This document shows, in pieces, positions 61,036-64,000 of a stretch of 64,000 nt of DNA. The notes under the pieces were generated by a model that was given only the letters and a program-made list of their open reading frames with translations, was not told the origin of the DNA and made no database searches. Position 1 is the first letter of the stretch, and each line of letters starts with the position of its first letter. Both the position numbers and the translations under genes were made by a program. This DNA comes from Escherichia phage ECO07P1: sequence record OP172784; one strand, 5' to 3'.

Positions 61036-61722
61036 ATGAAACTGTCTAAAGATACTACTGCTCTGCTCAAAAATTTCGCTACTATTAACTCTGGTATTAT
61101 GCTTAAATCTGGTCAATTTATTATGACTCGCGCGGTTAATGGTACAACTTATGCGGAAGCAAATATTTCTGACACTATTGATTTTGATGTAGCGATTTAC
61201 GATTTGAACGGTTTTCTTGGTATTCTGTCTCTCGTTAATGATGATGCAGAAATTTCCCAGTCAGAAGATGGTAATATTAAAATTGCTGATGCCCGTTCAA
61301 CAATTTTTTGGCCAGCAGCCGATCCGAGTACAGTAGTTGCTCCTAATAAACCAATTCCATTCCCGGTAGCATCTGTTGTTACTGAAATTAAAGCTGAAGA
61401 CCTTCAACAGCTGTTGCGTGTATCTCGTGGTCTGCAGATTGATACAATTGCTATCACAGTAAAAGAAGGTAAAATCGTAATTAATGGTTTTAATAAAGTG
61501 GAAGATTCTGCTTTGACCCGTGTTAAATATTCTTTGACTCTTGGTGATTATGATGGTGAAAATACATTTAATTTCATTATCAATATGGCAAATATGAAAA
61601 TGCAACCAGGAAATTATAAACTTCTGCTCTGGGCAAAAGGTAAACAAGGTGCTGCTAAATTTGAAGGTGAACATGCGAATTATGTAGTAGCTCTTGAAGC
61701 TGATTCTACCCACGATTTTTAA
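61036..61722 (+). CDS. 45: sliding clamp gp45
   Basis: 228 aa; size and synteny. Confidence 0.95.
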   Translation: MKLSKDTTALLKNFATINSGIMLKSGQFIMTRAVNGTTYAEANISDTIDFDVAIYDLNGFLGILSLVNDDAEISQSEDGNIKIADARSTIFWPAADPSTVVAPNKPIPFPVASVVTEIKAEDLQQLLRVSRGLQIDTIAITVKEGKIVINGFNKVEDSALTRVKYSLTLGDYDGENTFNFIINMANMKMQPGNYKLLLWAKGKQGAAKFEGEHANYVVALEADSTHDF

Positions 61723-61724
61723 TA

Positions 61725-61745
61725 AAGGGCTTCGGCCCTTTATAA
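61725..61745 (+). terminator. terminator hairpin (GCTTCGGC loop)
   Basis: aagggcttcggccctt, identical to the hairpin at 57015. Confidence 0.55.
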
Positions 61746-61773
61746 TTTACACTAAAACTTGAATGAGGAAATT

Positions 61774-62733
61774 ATGATTACTGTAAATGAAAAAGAACAC
61801 ATTCTTGAACAGAAATATCGTCCATCTACTATCGATGAATGTATTCTTCCCGCCTTTGATAAAGAAACCTTTAAATCTATTACAAGTAAAGGTAAGATTC
61901 CACATATTATTCTTCATTCTCCTTCTCCAGGAACAGGTAAAACAACTGTAGCAAAAGCATTGTGTCATGATGTAAATGCTGATATGATGTTTGTGAATGG
62001 GTCAGATTGTAAAATTGATTTCGTTCGTGGTCCTTTGACTAATTTTGCTAGTGCAGCTTCATTTGATGGTCGTCAAAAAGTAATCGTTATTGATGAATTT
62101 GACCGTTCAGGGTTAGCAGAGTCTCAGCGACATCTTCGTTCCTTTATGGAAGCTTATAGTTCAAACTGTAGTATTATTATTACTGCTAACAATATTGATG
62201 GTATTATTAAACCGCTTCAGTCACGCTGCCGAGTTATTACGTTCGGTCAACCGACCGATGAAGATAAAATTGAAATGATGAAGCAGATGATTCGTCGATT
62301 GACTGAAATCTGTAAGCATGAAGGAATTGCTATAGCTGATATGAAAGTTGTAGCAGCTTTGGTTAAAAAGAATTTTCCTGATTTTCGTAAAACTATTGGT
62401 GAGCTCGATAGTTATTCATCTAAAGGTGTTTTGGATGCTGGTATTTTATCACTGGTTACTAACGATCGTGGTGCTATTGATGATGTTCTTGAGTCTCTCA
62501 AAAATAAAGATGTTAAACAACTCAGAGCTTTAGCACCAAAATATGCGGCTGATTATTCGTGGTTCGTTGGTAAACTTGCCGAAGAAATTTATACACGCGT
62601 AACTCCGCAAAGTATTATTCGTATGTATGAAATTGTTGGTGAAAATAACCAGTATCATGGAATTGCGGCTAATACGGAATTACATTTAGCATATCTTTTC
62701 ATTCAATTGGCATGCGAAATGCAGTGGAAGTGA
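61774..62733 (+). CDS. 44: clamp loader large subunit gp44
   Basis: 319 aa from [13 protein letters not shown]; Walker [10 protein letters not shown]. Confidence 0.95.
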   Translation: MITVNEKEHILEQKYRPSTIDECILPAFDKETFKSITSKGKIPHIILHSPSPGTGKTTVAKALCHDVNADMMFVNGSDCKIDFVRGPLTNFASAASFDGRQKVIVIDEFDRSGLAESQRHLRSFMEAYSSNCSIIITANNIDGIIKPLQSRCRVITFGQPTDEDKIEMMKQMIRRLTEICKHEGIAIADMKVVAALVKKNFPDFRKTIGELDSYSSKGVLDAGILSLVTNDRGAIDDVLESLKNKDVKQLRALAPKYAADYSWFVGKLAEEIYTRVTPQSIIRMYEIVGENNQYHGIAANTELHLAYLFIQLACEMQWK

Positions 62734-62734
62734 T

Positions 62735-63298
62735 ATGAGCTTATTTGAAGATGATATTCAATTAAACGAACACCAAGTTGCTTGGTATTCAAAAGATTGG
62801 ACAGCTGTCCAATCTGCTGCTGATTCTTTTAAAGAAAAAGCTGAAAATGAATTTTTTGAAATAATTGGAGCTATTAATAATAAAACTAATTGCTCTATTG
62901 CTCAAAAAGATTATTCAAAATACATGGTTGAGAATGCATTATCACAATTTCCTGAGTGCATGCCAGCTGTATATGCTATGAATTTAATTGGATCAGGCTT
63001 AAGTGATGAAGCTCATTTTAATTATCTAATGGCTGCAGTTCCTCGTGGTAAAAGATATGGTAAATGGGCAAAACTAGTTGAAGATTCCACCGAAGTATTG
63101 ATTATTAAGTTACTTGCTAAGCGGTATCAAGTTAATACAAATGATGCAATTAACTATAAATCAATTCTTACTAAAAATGGAAAACTACCTTTAGTATTAA
63201 AAGAACTTAAAGGATTAGTCACGGATGATTTTTTGAAAGAAGTGACTAAGAACGTAAAAGAACAGAAACAACTCAAAAAACTAGCATTGGAATGGTAA
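62735..63298 (+). CDS. 62: clamp loader small subunit gp62
   Basis: 187 aa; size and synteny. Confidence 0.9.
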   Translation: MSLFEDDIQLNEHQVAWYSKDWTAVQSAADSFKEKAENEFFEIIGAINNKTNCSIAQKDYSKYMVENALSQFPECMPAVYAMNLIGSGLSDEAHFNYLMAAVPRGKRYGKWAKLVEDSTEVLIIKLLAKRYQVNTNDAINYKSILTKNGKLPLVLKELKGLVTDDFLKEVTKNVKEQKQLKKLALEW

Positions 63299-63299
63299 A

Positions 63300-63668
63300 A
63301 TGATTGAAATTACTCTTAAAAAACCTGAAGATTTTCTGAAAGTAAAAGAAACTTTGACTCGCATGGGAATTGCTAATAATAAAGATAAAGTTCTGTATCA
63401 GTCCTGTCATATTCTTCAGAAAAAAGGACTATACTATATCGTTCATTTTAAAGAAATGCTTCGTATGGATGGCCGTCAGGTTGAAATGACAGAAGAAGAT
63501 GAAGTTCGTCGTGATTCGATTGCATGGCTGTTAGAAGATTGGGGACTGATTGAAATCGCTCCCAGTCAAAGAACTTTTATGAAAGATTTAACTAATAACT
63601 TCCGAGTTATTTCTTTTAAACAAAAACATGAATGGAAACTCGTTCCTAAATATACGATTGGTAATTAA
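63300..63668 (+). CDS. regA: translational repressor RegA
   Basis: 122 aa; size and synteny. Confidence 0.9.
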   Translation: MIEITLKKPEDFLKVKETLTRMGIANNKDKVLYQSCHILQKKGLYYIVHFKEMLRMDGRQVEMTEEDEVRRDSIAWLLEDWGLIEIAPSQRTFMKDLTNNFRVISFKQKHEWKLVPKYTIGN

Positions 63669-63670
63669 GC

Positions 63671-63693
63671 AAGGGGCTTCGGCCCCTTATTTG
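63671..63693 (+). terminator. terminator hairpin (GCTTCGGC loop)
   Basis: aaggggcttcggcccctt then atttgg. Confidence 0.5.
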
Positions 63694-63746
63694 GAGTATA
63701 ATATATCAAGAGCCTAATAACTCGGGCTATAAACTAAGGAATATCT

Positions 63747-64000
63747 ATGAAAGAATTTTATATCTCTATCGAAACAGTCGGAAATAACATTGTTGAACGT
63801 TATATTGATGAAAACGGAAAGGAACGTACTCGTGAAGTAGAATATCTTCCAACTATGTTTAGGCATTGTAAGGAAGAGTCAAAATACAAAGACATCTATG
63901 GTAAAAACTGCGCTCCTCAAAAATTTCCATCAATGAAAGATGCTCGAGATTGGATGAAGCGAATGGAAGACATCGGTCTCGAAGCTCTCGGTATGAACGA
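63747..64000 (+). CDS. 43: DNA polymerase gp43, N-terminal 84 codons (continues past window end)
   Basis: ATG with SD aagga; MKEFYISIETVGNNIVERYIDENGKERTREVEY resembles T4-family gp43 N-terminus. Confidence 0.9.
   Translation, partial: MKEFYISIETVGNNIVERYIDENGKERTREVEYLPTMFRHCKEESKYKDIYGKNCAPQKFPSMKDARDWMKRMEDIGLEALGMN

Overview
This window is a 64-kb segment of a T4-like (Tequatrovirus-type) myovirus genome, AT-rich, shown as the reverse complement of the usual T4 map. Positions 1-17934 are a minus-strand late structural block (genes 15, 14, 13, wac, 12, 11, 10, 9, 8, 7, 6, 5.4, 5.1, 5, 53). From 17982 onward everything is plus-strand: genes 4, 2, 3, 1, 57A, 57B (Acb1), a hyperplastic ipI locus, a 10-tRNA array plus structured RNA region, the e.x accessory block, nudE, e, denV, ipIII, ipII, a grcA-like gene, regB, tk, rI, a long accessory block, nrdC, 49, nrdD (intronless), nrdG, an NrdH-like ORF, 55, a-gt, 47, 46, rpbA, 45, 44, 62, regA and the start of 43. 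Core genes were recognised from remembered T4 protein sequences, lengths and synteny; no database search was run. It is not T4 itself: it has two extra tRNAs (Tyr, Asn), no nrdD intron, and different accessory content. No single obviously novel defence or anti-defence system stands out. The most interesting material is in the accessory regions: an expanded family of capsid-targeting-sequence (CTS) internal-protein genes (three at the ipI locus, two more plus a decayed copy elsewhere), a triplicated two-TM membrane-protein family with conserved ATGA junctions, a mosaic grcA whose 3' half looks host-derived, a Pol-beta-type nucleotidyltransferase near an AAA+ ATPase, a macro-domain protein, an NrdH-like ORF with no ATG start, and promoter cassettes duplicated between distant loci.
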